DNA from: Bacillota bacterium
Lineage (GTDB): Bacteria > Bacillota > DTU065
DNA: 64,000 nt
Assembly (NCBI GenBank): GCA_036721855.1
Contig: DAIMKF010000001.1
Location: 67,122-131,121, forward strand
Direction of reading: 5' to 3'
A model generated the notes under the pieces. The model was not told the origin of the DNA. It searched no databases and was given only the letters and a program-made list of their open reading frames with translations. Below are positions 56,431 to 64,000 of this stretch, piece by piece (within the stretch, counting starts at the first letter, position 1; each line of letters begins with the position of its first letter). The translations under genes were made by a program, and so were the position numbers.

Positions 56431-57207
56431 ATGGGCGTAGTTTCTATGAAACAACTGCTCGAAGCTGGGGTACATTTTGGACACCAGACTAGAAGATGGA
56501 ACCCTAAAATGAAGCCATACATCTTCACCGAGCGCAACGGTATTTACATTATTGATTTGCAAAAAACAGTTAAAAAAATTGAAGAGGCTTATTCATTTAC
56601 CCGTTCTATAGCCGCCGAGGGAGAGAGCATTCTTTTTGTCGGCACCAAAAAACAGGCCCAAGAAACAATTAGGGAAGAAGCTGAGCGCTGTGGTCAGTTT
56701 TTTGTTAATGAACGCTGGTTAGGTGGCATGCTGACTAACTTTAAAACCATTCGTTTACGGGTTAAATATATGCAGAAATTGGAGCAAATGGCTGAAAACG
56801 GTAGTTTTGAACTTCTACCTAAAAAAGAGGTTCAGCAACTAAAAGCAGAGTATGCTAAACTCAAGAAGTATCTTGGCGGTATTGAAAATATGACTAAGCT
56901 ACCTGGAGCTTTATTTATAATTGATCCTCGCAAAGAAAAGATCGCTATTGCTGAAGCTAGAAAGCTTGGCATTCCAACTATTGCTATTGTTGATACTAAC
57001 TGTGATCCCGACGAAGTAGACTATGTTATCCCAGGCAACGATGATGCTATTCGTGCGGTTAAATTAATTGCTTCTGTAATCGCAGATGCAGTTATTGAAG
57101 CTAAAGAAGGGCAAGATGCGGTAAAGGATCAAGAGGAGAAAGTAGAAGTTCCCATGGATGAAATGCAAGAAGTAGAAGATGACGCCATGGATGACGATAT
57201 CAAGTAG
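56431..57207 (+). CDS. rpsB: 30S ribosomal protein S2
   Basis: [27 protein letters not shown]; AAGGAGG RBS. The track's earlier start at 56392 is unlikely. Confidence 0.9.
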   Translation: MGVVSMKQLLEAGVHFGHQTRRWNPKMKPYIFTERNGIYIIDLQKTVKKIEEAYSFTRSIAAEGESILFVGTKKQAQETIREEAERCGQFFVNERWLGGMLTNFKTIRLRVKYMQKLEQMAENGSFELLPKKEVQQLKAEYAKLKKYLGGIENMTKLPGALFIIDPRKEKIAIAEARKLGIPTIAIVDTNCDPDEVDYVIPGNDDAIRAVKLIASVIADAVIEAKEGQDAVKDQEEKVEVPMDEMQEVEDDAMDDDIK

Positions 57208-57270
57208 TCTAACTAGGGCGTGGAGGTTTATCTTTCACCCCCTTTTTTCTTAAAGAGAGGAGGCAATTAG

Positions 57271-58194
57271 ATGTCTATTTCTGCTGCTATGGTAAAAGAG
57301 TTACGTGACAAAACCGGTGCAGGTATGATGGATTGTAAGAAAGCTCTTATGGAAACAAAAGGTGATCTAAAAAAAGCCATCGAGTTTTTAAGAGAAAAAG
57401 GATTGGCCGCTGCAGCTAAAAGGGCCGGTCGCGTTGCTGCTGAAGGTGTTGTTGCGACACTGGTTGAAAACAATGTAGGTGTTTTAGTTGAGGTAAACTG
57501 TGAGACTGACTTTGTGGCCAAAACCGAAGACTTCAGTGACCTTGTAACTAAAACATTGAATTTATTAGCTGAAGAAAAACCGGCTGATTTAGATACTTTT
57601 CTTAAAGTTAAAGTCGAAGAGGGTACTTTTGAGGATTATCTTAAATCAAGAATTGCCAAAACCGGTGAAAATATGACCGTACGCCGCTTTGCTATTTTTG
57701 AGACCAAGGATACTACAGAAAACATGACATCATATGTCCATCTAAACGGTAAAATTGGTGTTTTGATAAAGGTTAAGGCCGACAGGGCTGAAGTTGCTCA
57801 AAGTGATGCTTTTAATAACTTGCTTAAAGATTTAGCTTTGCAGATTGCGGCAGCTAATCCTCTTTATTTGAGCCGTTTAGAAGTGGATGCTCAAAAATTG
57901 GAAGAAGAAAAAAAGATCTACCGAGCTCAAGCACTTCAAGAAGGTAAACCAGAAAAGATTGTCGATAAAATTGTTACAGGTCGACTCAATAAATTTTATC
58001 GTGAAGTTTGTCTTCTCGAACAGGAGTTTATTCGTGAAGACAATCTAAAAGTTGAAGCTCATATTAAATCAGTTGCCAAAGACCTAAATAGCGACATTGC
58101 TATTTTGGAATTTGCTCGCTTTGAAAGAGGCGAAGGCATCGAGAAAAAAAGCGATGATTTAGCAGCTGAGGTTGCCAAAATGACTAATTCATGA
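57271..58194 (+). CDS. tsf: Elongation factor Ts
   Basis: MSISAAMVKELRDKTGAGMMDCKKAL. Confidence 0.9.
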   Translation: MSISAAMVKELRDKTGAGMMDCKKALMETKGDLKKAIEFLREKGLAAAAKRAGRVAAEGVVATLVENNVGVLVEVNCETDFVAKTEDFSDLVTKTLNLLAEEKPADLDTFLKVKVEEGTFEDYLKSRIAKTGENMTVRRFAIFETKDTTENMTSYVHLNGKIGVLIKVKADRAEVAQSDAFNNLLKDLALQIAAANPLYLSRLEVDAQKLEEEKKIYRAQALQEGKPEKIVDKIVTGRLNKFYREVCLLEQEFIREDNLKVEAHIKSVAKDLNSDIAILEFARFERGEGIEKKSDDLAAEVAKMTNS

Positions 58195-58198
58195 AAAA

Positions 58199-58228
58199 AA
58201 GAGAGCACCTTGGTGTTCTCTTTTTTTG
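58199..58228 (+). terminator. Rho-independent terminator after tsf
   Basis: GAGAGCACCttggGGTGTTCTC followed by TTTTTTT. Confidence 0.55.
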
Positions 58229-58296
58229 TATAGTAGTAACTTTATTAAACAAGGATGTTCACTTTTTTAAGAGAATTATAATAAGGAGGAGCGTCT

Positions 58297-59034
58297 ATGG
58301 GACCTAAATATCAAAGAGTCTTATTAAAATTAAGTGGAGAAGCTTTAGCAGGAGAACAGGGACATGGACTTGATCCGGTAGTACTTAACCGCATATCTTT
58401 GGAAATTAAAGAACTCACCAAAGCTAATATTCAAGTGGCTTTAGTTGTTGGCGGAGGCAATATCTGGCGAGGCGCAAGGGGTAGTGCTAAAGGCATGGAT
58501 AGAGCCCAGGCCGATTATATGGGTATGCTAGCTACGGTAATTAATGCTTTAGGGTTACAGGATGCTCTTGAACAAGTGGAAGTTGATACCCGTTGCATGA
58601 CAGCAATCGAAATGAGGCAGATCGCCGAACCATACATCAGGCGCAGAGCAATTCGACATTTGGAAAAGGGACGGGTAGTAATATTTGCCTCGGGAACGGG
58701 CAATCCGTATTTTTCCACTGATACGACAGCCGCCCTTAGAGCGGCCGAAATCGAAGCTGAAGTTATTCTAATGGCCAAACGAGGTGTAGACGGTGTCTAT
58801 ACTGCTGATCCAGCCGTAGACCCCAAGGCTACCAAATATGAAAAGCTAGGGTATTTAGATCTGCTTAATAAAGGTCTCACAGTTATGGATGCTACAGCTG
58901 CATCTTTATGTATGGTAAATCATATTCCTATGATAGTGTTTGATTTTAATAAGCCGGGCAGTGCTTTAAGAGCAGCTATGGGCGAACAAGTAGGAACAGT
59001 TATAGGGGAGGAAAATAATGCAAAAGATTATTGA
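58297..59034 (+). CDS. pyrH: UMP kinase
   Basis: [13 protein letters not shown]...VVGGGN. Confidence 0.9.
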   Translation: MGPKYQRVLLKLSGEALAGEQGHGLDPVVLNRISLEIKELTKANIQVALVVGGGNIWRGARGSAKGMDRAQADYMGMLATVINALGLQDALEQVEVDTRCMTAIEMRQIAEPYIRRRAIRHLEKGRVVIFASGTGNPYFSTDTTAALRAAEIEAEVILMAKRGVDGVYTADPAVDPKATKYEKLGYLDLLNKGLTVMDATAASLCMVNHIPMIVFDFNKPGSALRAAMGEQVGTVIGEENNAKDY

Positions 59035-59572
59035 TGATGCCAAGACTAGAATGGAAAAGGTTATTGAGTCCACCAAAAGAGAACTTGCTACAATCCGTAC
59101 AGGCAGGGCTAATCCGGCACTGCTTGATCGTGTCGAAGTAGATGCTTATGGCTCAAGGATGCCCCTTAATCAGGTAGCTATGGTTTCTGCTCCTGAACCA
59201 AGAATGCTTATTGTACAACCCTACGATAAATCAACTATTTCGGCTATAGATAAAGCCATTCGTATTGCCGATCTAGGTCTTAACCCGACAAATGACGGTC
59301 AAATTATTAGACTTGCCATTCCAACCTTAACCGAAGAACGTCGTAAAGACTTGGTTAAATTTGCCAAAAAGATCTCAGAAGAGATGAAAATAGCAGTTCG
59401 TAACGTTCGTAGGGAAGCTAACGACTCACTTAAAAAAATGGAAAAAGAAAGTTCTATTACAGAAGACGAAAACAAAAAAGGACAAAATGAGATTCAAAAA
59501 TTAACTGATCAATTTATTGCCAAAATAGATGATTTATTAGCCTCTAAAGAGAAAGATATTATGGAGGTTTAA
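59018..59572 (+). CDS. frr: Ribosome recycling factor
   Basis: 184 aa of the RRF family; follows pyrH. Confidence 0.9.
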   Translation: MQKIIDDAKTRMEKVIESTKRELATIRTGRANPALLDRVEVDAYGSRMPLNQVAMVSAPEPRMLIVQPYDKSTISAIDKAIRIADLGLNPTNDGQIIRLAIPTLTEERRKDLVKFAKKISEEMKIAVRNVRREANDSLKKMEKESSITEDENKKGQNEIQKLTDQFIAKIDDLLASKEKDIMEV

Positions 59573-59575
59573 GTA

Positions 59576-59788
59576 TTGTATAACTACCTTAGTCAACCTC
59601 TAGAACGATTATTAGCCGGGGAGCCTAATGCTCCCCTTGTTATTAAATGTTCCGACAACAAAGTTGTAGGTCGAGAGATTATTATTAGGATTAAAATTAA
59701 TGAAGTTTCGGCTATCTGGGAAATAACTACAGCTCATGAACTGCCAAACCAGTTAAGGTTAGGGGGAAAATTTGATGGCCATAGTTAA
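59576..59788 (+). CDS. Possible small 70-aa protein (TTG start 8 nt after GGAGG) between frr and uppS
   Basis: Good SD spacing and non-repetitive sequence, but no known family. Confidence 0.3.
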   Translation: MYNYLSQPLERLLAGEPNAPLVIKCSDNKVVGREIIIRIKINEVSAIWEITTAHELPNQLRLGGKFDGHS

Positions 59789-60500
59789 TGGACTAGATAT
59801 AAGAATACTTCCTAAGCACGTAGGTATTATTATGGATGGCAACGGACGGTGGGCAAAAAAAAGAGGTTTACCCAGAGTAGCAGGTCATAAAGAGGGAGCC
59901 AAAACCGTTAGAATGGTTGTGCGTACCAGTGGTGAGCTAGGAATCCAAGTTCTTTCTCTTTATGCTTTTTCAACTGAAAATTGGCAACGTCCAAAAGAAG
60001 AGGTAAACTATTTAATGGGTCTTTTGACTGAATACTTAATAAGTGAGTTAAATGAATTGATGGCTGAAAATGTAAAAATCAAAGCCATAGGTGATTTACA
60101 ATCCTTACCTAATAAAGTCTTAAAAACCCTGGATAGTGCAATGGAAAAATCTGCTCACAATAAAGGTCTTATACTTAATTTAGCACTCAGTTATGGCGGC
60201 CGAGACGAGCTTATTCGTTCTTTTAGGGAGATAGCCTTAGAGATTAAAAACGGTAAACTCACTTGCGAGGAGATTAACGATACCCTAATTAAATCTTATC
60301 TTGATACCAAAGATCAGCCTGACCCCGATCTTATTATTCGTACTAGTGGTGAGATGCGTTTGTCTAATTTTTTGCTCTATCAAGGAGCCTATTCAGAGCT
60401 TTGGTTTACCAAAACACTATGGCCAGATTTTACCAAAAAGGAATATCTGGAAGCTCTTTTAGACTATAGTAAACGCTCTAGACGCTTTGGCAAGGCCTAA
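59775..60500 (+). CDS. uppS: Undecaprenyl pyrophosphate synthase
   Basis: HVGIIMDGNGRWA...; RBS AGGGGGAAAA. Confidence 0.9.
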   Translation: MAIVNGLDIRILPKHVGIIMDGNGRWAKKRGLPRVAGHKEGAKTVRMVVRTSGELGIQVLSLYAFSTENWQRPKEEVNYLMGLLTEYLISELNELMAENVKIKAIGDLQSLPNKVLKTLDSAMEKSAHNKGLILNLALSYGGRDELIRSFREIALEIKNGKLTCEEINDTLIKSYLDTKDQPDPDLIIRTSGEMRLSNFLLYQGAYSELWFTKTLWPDFTKKEYLEALLDYSKRSRRFGKA

Positions 60501-60514
60501 AGGAGGTATGCAAA

Positions 60515-61288
60515 TTGAGGCAGAGAATCATAACTGCAGTTATTGCCATACCAATACTCCTATTATTGGTAGTATTAGGTGAATGGTACTTTTTAGGGAT
60601 TTGTCTTTTAGCATCAGCTATAGCTATGTATGAGTTTTATTGCTTTGCTAAAGGATTAGGATACAATCTCAGCCTGAGTTTACTGTTAATAGGTGGTTTA
60701 ACTGCTTTTTCAACTATGTATTTGGTCGGCGAAAAAAGACTCGACGCCTCAGCATTAATAGTCCTTATTATCCTTATTCTGGTGCTTGAGATGTTTCGCT
60801 CCAAAGCTGTGCTAAAAAACGGCTCACTTACAATACTAGGGCTAATATATGGCGGAGTTTTGTTTGCTTTTTTGCCATTACTTAGAAACCTTGGTTTTGT
60901 TTATATTATGCTTTTGCTTCTTGTGACCTGGGGGACAGATAGCTTTGCTTACTTTATAGGTGTTAAATATGGTCGCCATAAGCTATGGCCTGTAGTTTCA
61001 CCTAAAAAATCCTGGGAGGGAGCCTTAGGTGGTCTTGTGGGTGGTATCTTAGGAGGCTTGGTTACAGCATCGCTTGGTTTATGCAGTCCCTTTTTGGGTC
61101 TATTGGCCGGATTTTTTGGAAGTATTACGGCTCAATTGGGTGACTTAATGGAGTCGGCCATGAAAAGAGAAAGTAATGTCAAAGATAGTGGCTACATACT
61201 ACCTGGACACGGCGGTATTTTGGATCGGGTTGACAGTTTGATTTTATTGGCACCAACAATCTACTTTATCTTGCAGTTTCTTGTTTGA
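60515..61288 (+). CDS. cdsA: Phosphatidate cytidylyltransferase
   Basis: Multi-TM protein with C-terminal ...KDSGYILPGHGGILDRVDS. Confidence 0.85.
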   Translation: MRQRIITAVIAIPILLLLVVLGEWYFLGICLLASAIAMYEFYCFAKGLGYNLSLSLLLIGGLTAFSTMYLVGEKRLDASALIVLIILILVLEMFRSKAVLKNGSLTILGLIYGGVLFAFLPLLRNLGFVYIMLLLLVTWGTDSFAYFIGVKYGRHKLWPVVSPKKSWEGALGGLVGGILGGLVTASLGLCSPFLGLLAGFFGSITAQLGDLMESAMKRESNVKDSGYILPGHGGILDRVDSLILLAPTIYFILQFLV

Positions 61289-61299
61289 GGTGAGTATAA

Positions 61300-62460
61300 A
61301 TGAAGACAGTGGCTATAGTTGGCAGCACAGGTTCTATCGGTCTACAGGCTCTTGATGTTCTTGCTGCTTTAAGTGATGAATATAAAATAGTAGCCTTAGC
61401 TGCTAATAAAAATACTGAATTGATAGCCGAGCAAGTTGAAAAATTCCAACCCCAACTGGTAACACTGCAGGATAGAAAAGCTCGCACCAGGTTAAAATCA
61501 TTACTAAGAACCCAAAAAACAAAGCTTATTGACTGTCAAGACCCAGTTGAAGCTATTGTCACCGAGGCTAACGCGGATATTACCTTAGTCTCTGTAGTGG
61601 GAGCAGCAGGGCTTTTACCCTCATTGAGGGCGGCAAAATTAGGCAAAAGGCTGGCCCTGGCTAATAAAGAGGCCCTTGTTATCGGGGGCGACCTGTTAAT
61701 AAATGCTTGTCGAAAACACTCTACCGAACTTATTCCTGTAGATAGTGAACACTCGGCTATTTTTCAGTGTCTACTTGGTCAAGATACTAAGGAACTAAAA
61801 AAAATCATTTTAACTGCTTCAGGAGGACCATTTTTAAGTATTCCGAAAGTAAAAATGGAGAAAGCCTCTGTAAAGGAGGCCCTCAATCATCCCAACTGGA
61901 AAATGGGTGGCAAGATTACGATTGATTCGGCTACTATGATGAATAAAGGTCTTGAAGTAATTGAAGCTCATCACCTTTTTCAATTAGATTATACTGGGAT
62001 TGAGGTTATCATCCATCCTCAGTCTCTGGTACATTCGCTGGTAGAATACAATGATGGTTCATTGCTAGCTCAGTTAGGTTTACCTGACATGCGAGTACCG
62101 ATTCAGTTTGCTTTTTCGTATCCTAAAAGAATCAAACGCAAAACCAGTCTTTCTTTAATAGGAAAAAAGCTAGACTTTTTCGAACCTGATTTTGATAAAT
62201 TCGGCTGTTTGAGGCTAGCCTATGAAGCAGGGAAAAGTGGAAAAGATAGACCGATTGTCCTTAATGCTGCCAATGAAGTAGCAGTTGAGTCTTTTTTGGC
62301 CCAAAAGATTGCTTTCGGTAGTATATATAAGATAGTTGCCGAAGCACTTGCTAGCTTTCCAGAATCCGAAAGCGCTACTTTAACAGCTAAACTGGAGACA
62401 GATAAATTAGCAAGAGCTTATGTTTTAAGATTGATTAATTCTAGGAGGTGGACAGAATAG
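61300..62460 (+). CDS. dxr: 1-deoxy-D-xylulose 5-phosphate reductoisomerase
   Basis: MKTVAIVGSTGSIG...LANKEAL. Confidence 0.9.
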   Translation: MKTVAIVGSTGSIGLQALDVLAALSDEYKIVALAANKNTELIAEQVEKFQPQLVTLQDRKARTRLKSLLRTQKTKLIDCQDPVEAIVTEANADITLVSVVGAAGLLPSLRAAKLGKRLALANKEALVIGGDLLINACRKHSTELIPVDSEHSAIFQCLLGQDTKELKKIILTASGGPFLSIPKVKMEKASVKEALNHPNWKMGGKITIDSATMMNKGLEVIEAHHLFQLDYTGIEVIIHPQSLVHSLVEYNDGSLLAQLGLPDMRVPIQFAFSYPKRIKRKTSLSLIGKKLDFFEPDFDKFGCLRLAYEAGKSGKDRPIVLNAANEVAVESFLAQKIAFGSIYKIVAEALASFPESESATLTAKLETDKLARAYVLRLINSRRWTE

Positions 62461-63539
62461 TAGTTCAGATTATAACGGTTATTCTAGTCTTTGCCATACT
62501 GGTAATAGTCCACGAGCTAGGTCATTTTGGGGTAGCTAAATTACTCGGTATTTGGGTCTATGAATTTAGTTTAGGATTTGGACCGGTATTATTGAAGCGC
62601 AAGAAAAAAGAAACACAGTATTCACTTAGAGCTTTTCCTCTAGGGGGCTTTGTAAGTGTAGCCGGAATGGATGAAGCTGCTGATGAAGAAAAAGCAAGTA
62701 TGGTTCCTCCCAAAAGGCTCTATAACAATAAGCCTGCTTGGGCTAAAATCGCAACTGTAGCTGCCGGACCGTTAATGAATATAGTCTTTGCCATTTTAGT
62801 TTCGATTGTGATTATAGCTCTTTCCGGTCGCCAGGTACCTCTAGTAGGTAAAACTATGCCGGGATTGCCGGCAGAATCTGCCGGGATACAAAGTGGAGAT
62901 GAGATTTGGGCTGTTGATAATCTACCCCTTTATAACCAGGGACAATTCATTCAGCTTATTGCCTCTAGTGAAGGAGAGTCCTTAAAGCTAAAGGTAAAAA
63001 GACATAATAAGTTTCTGGACATTGTGGTTAAGCCGCAGTTCAATCAAGAATTAAATCGCTCGATTATTGGCGTCGATGAGCTAACTTATAAAGAAATCTC
63101 TCTGAATTTTTGGGGACTGTTAAGATCGGGCTGGGACAATACCCATATAATGCTGGTAACTTTATTCCGGGGATTAAAGATAATGTTTACCGGCAAAGTT
63201 AAAGTTGACGTGGCAGGTCCTTTAGGTATGGTACAGATTATTGGTGAAACAGCAGCTGTAATGGAGGAAGATTTTCTAATTGGTCTTTTAAATGTACTCT
63301 ACCTGGCAGTATTTTTATCAGTAAACTTTGCTGTTTTAAATCTCTTACCAGTACCTGTTTTAGATGGCGGCTGGATTATGTTTATTATCATTGAGCTAAT
63401 TAGAAGAAAACCACTTACCGATAAACAAAAAGTTATTGCCCAGATGACTGGTTTGGTTTTAATTGCAAGCCTATTCCTTTTTGCAACCTACAGTGATTTT
63501 TCACGTCTGGGTTGGTTAGATGGTCTTATAGAAAGATAG
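62448..63539 (+). CDS. rseP: RIP metalloprotease RseP (YluC-like) with a PDZ domain
   Basis: HELGHF zinc motif, PDZ domain and LNLLPVPVLDGG. Confidence 0.85.
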   Translation: MDRIVVQIITVILVFAILVIVHELGHFGVAKLLGIWVYEFSLGFGPVLLKRKKKETQYSLRAFPLGGFVSVAGMDEAADEEKASMVPPKRLYNNKPAWAKIATVAAGPLMNIVFAILVSIVIIALSGRQVPLVGKTMPGLPAESAGIQSGDEIWAVDNLPLYNQGQFIQLIASSEGESLKLKVKRHNKFLDIVVKPQFNQELNRSIIGVDELTYKEISLNFWGLLRSGWDNTHIMLVTLFRGLKIMFTGKVKVDVAGPLGMVQIIGETAAVMEEDFLIGLLNVLYLAVFLSVNFAVLNLLPVPVLDGGWIMFIIIELIRRKPLTDKQKVIAQMTGLVLIASLFLFATYSDFSRLGWLDGLIER

Positions 63540-63547
63540 TGATCTCG

Positions 63548-64000
63548 ATGGGAAAAAAGTCTGTAAGAAAAGTTAGGGTTGGTTCGGTTTACTTAGGTGA
63601 AGATTTGCCTGTATTAATCCAATCCATGACTAATACTAAAACAAGTGAAGTTAAAGCTACTTTAGAGCAGATTAATCAACTAGCTGAAGTTGGTTGTGAA
63701 ATTATTCGTGTGGCAATACCTTCGGAAGATGAACTAATAGCCTTCAGAGAAATTGTTAAAGAATCTCCTTTACCGGTAGTTGCAGATATTCATTTTAATT
63801 ATCTTCTGGCCATCAAAGCAATTGAGGCAGGTGCGTCTAAGGTCAGGATAAACCCTGGCAATCTTGGCGGTTTGGATAAACTTCTTGAGGTATCTAAGGC
63901 TGCTAAAGATAAAGCCGCTATTCGGGTTGGTGTCAATGCGGGGAGTTTGCCCAAAAGCTACCTTGAAAGTATTAATTCAGGTCAGTTAAAAATACCTGAA
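63548..64000 (+). CDS. ispG: 4-hydroxy-3-methylbut-2-enyl diphosphate synthase IspG (GcpE), 5' part; continues beyond the window
   Basis: MGKKSVRKVRVGSVYLG...SMTNT..., a typical GcpE N-terminus; the frame is open to the window end. Confidence 0.85.
   Translation, partial: MGKKSVRKVRVGSVYLGEDLPVLIQSMTNTKTSEVKATLEQINQLAEVGCEIIRVAIPSEDELIAFREIVKESPLPVVADIHFNYLLAIKAIEAGASKVRINPGNLGGLDKLLEVSKAAKDKAAIRVGVNAGSLPKSYLESINSGQLKIPE

Overview
Low-GC, Firmicutes-type chromosomal segment. Its conserved core follows the Bacillus subtilis gene order: smc-ftsY-ylxM-ffh-rpsP-khpA-rimM-trmD-rplS-rbgA-rnhB ... topA-xerC-hslV-hslU ... flgB-to-sigD flagellar operon ... rpsB-tsf-pyrH-frr-uppS-cdsA-dxr-rseP-ispG. 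Interleaved with this core are accessory or divergent blocks. (i) An HD-GYP protein, a decayed COG3910-type ATPase pseudogene, a livKHMGF branched-chain amino-acid ABC transporter operon, a CBS-ACT protein, a Cys4 zinc-ribbon mini-protein, an approximately 800 bp ORF-free GC-enriched region that looks like a structured RNA, and a 150-aa unknown protein sitting where dprA is found in Bacillus. (ii) A minus-strand block between hslU and flgB, where Bacillus carries codY: a metacaspase-like lipoprotein with an EF-hand loop, a DagK-family lipid kinase, and a LexA (Cheo-box) controlled cassette of a short DnaE2/ImuC-like polymerase with an N-terminally truncated Y-family (ImuB/DinB-like) protein. 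(iii) A flagellar operon that runs flhG directly into sigD with no cheB/A/W/C/D genes. (iv) After sigD, three small membrane or disordered proteins and a frameshifted IS30-family insertion sequence just upstream of the rpsB promoter. No rRNA, tRNA or CRISPR array was found. The most interesting candidates are the SOS-boxed imuB-like/dnaE2 cassette in a Firmicute and the 16.1-16.9 kb putative large non-coding RNA. All calls were made by eye from motifs, synteny and the supplied ORF track; no database searches were possible.
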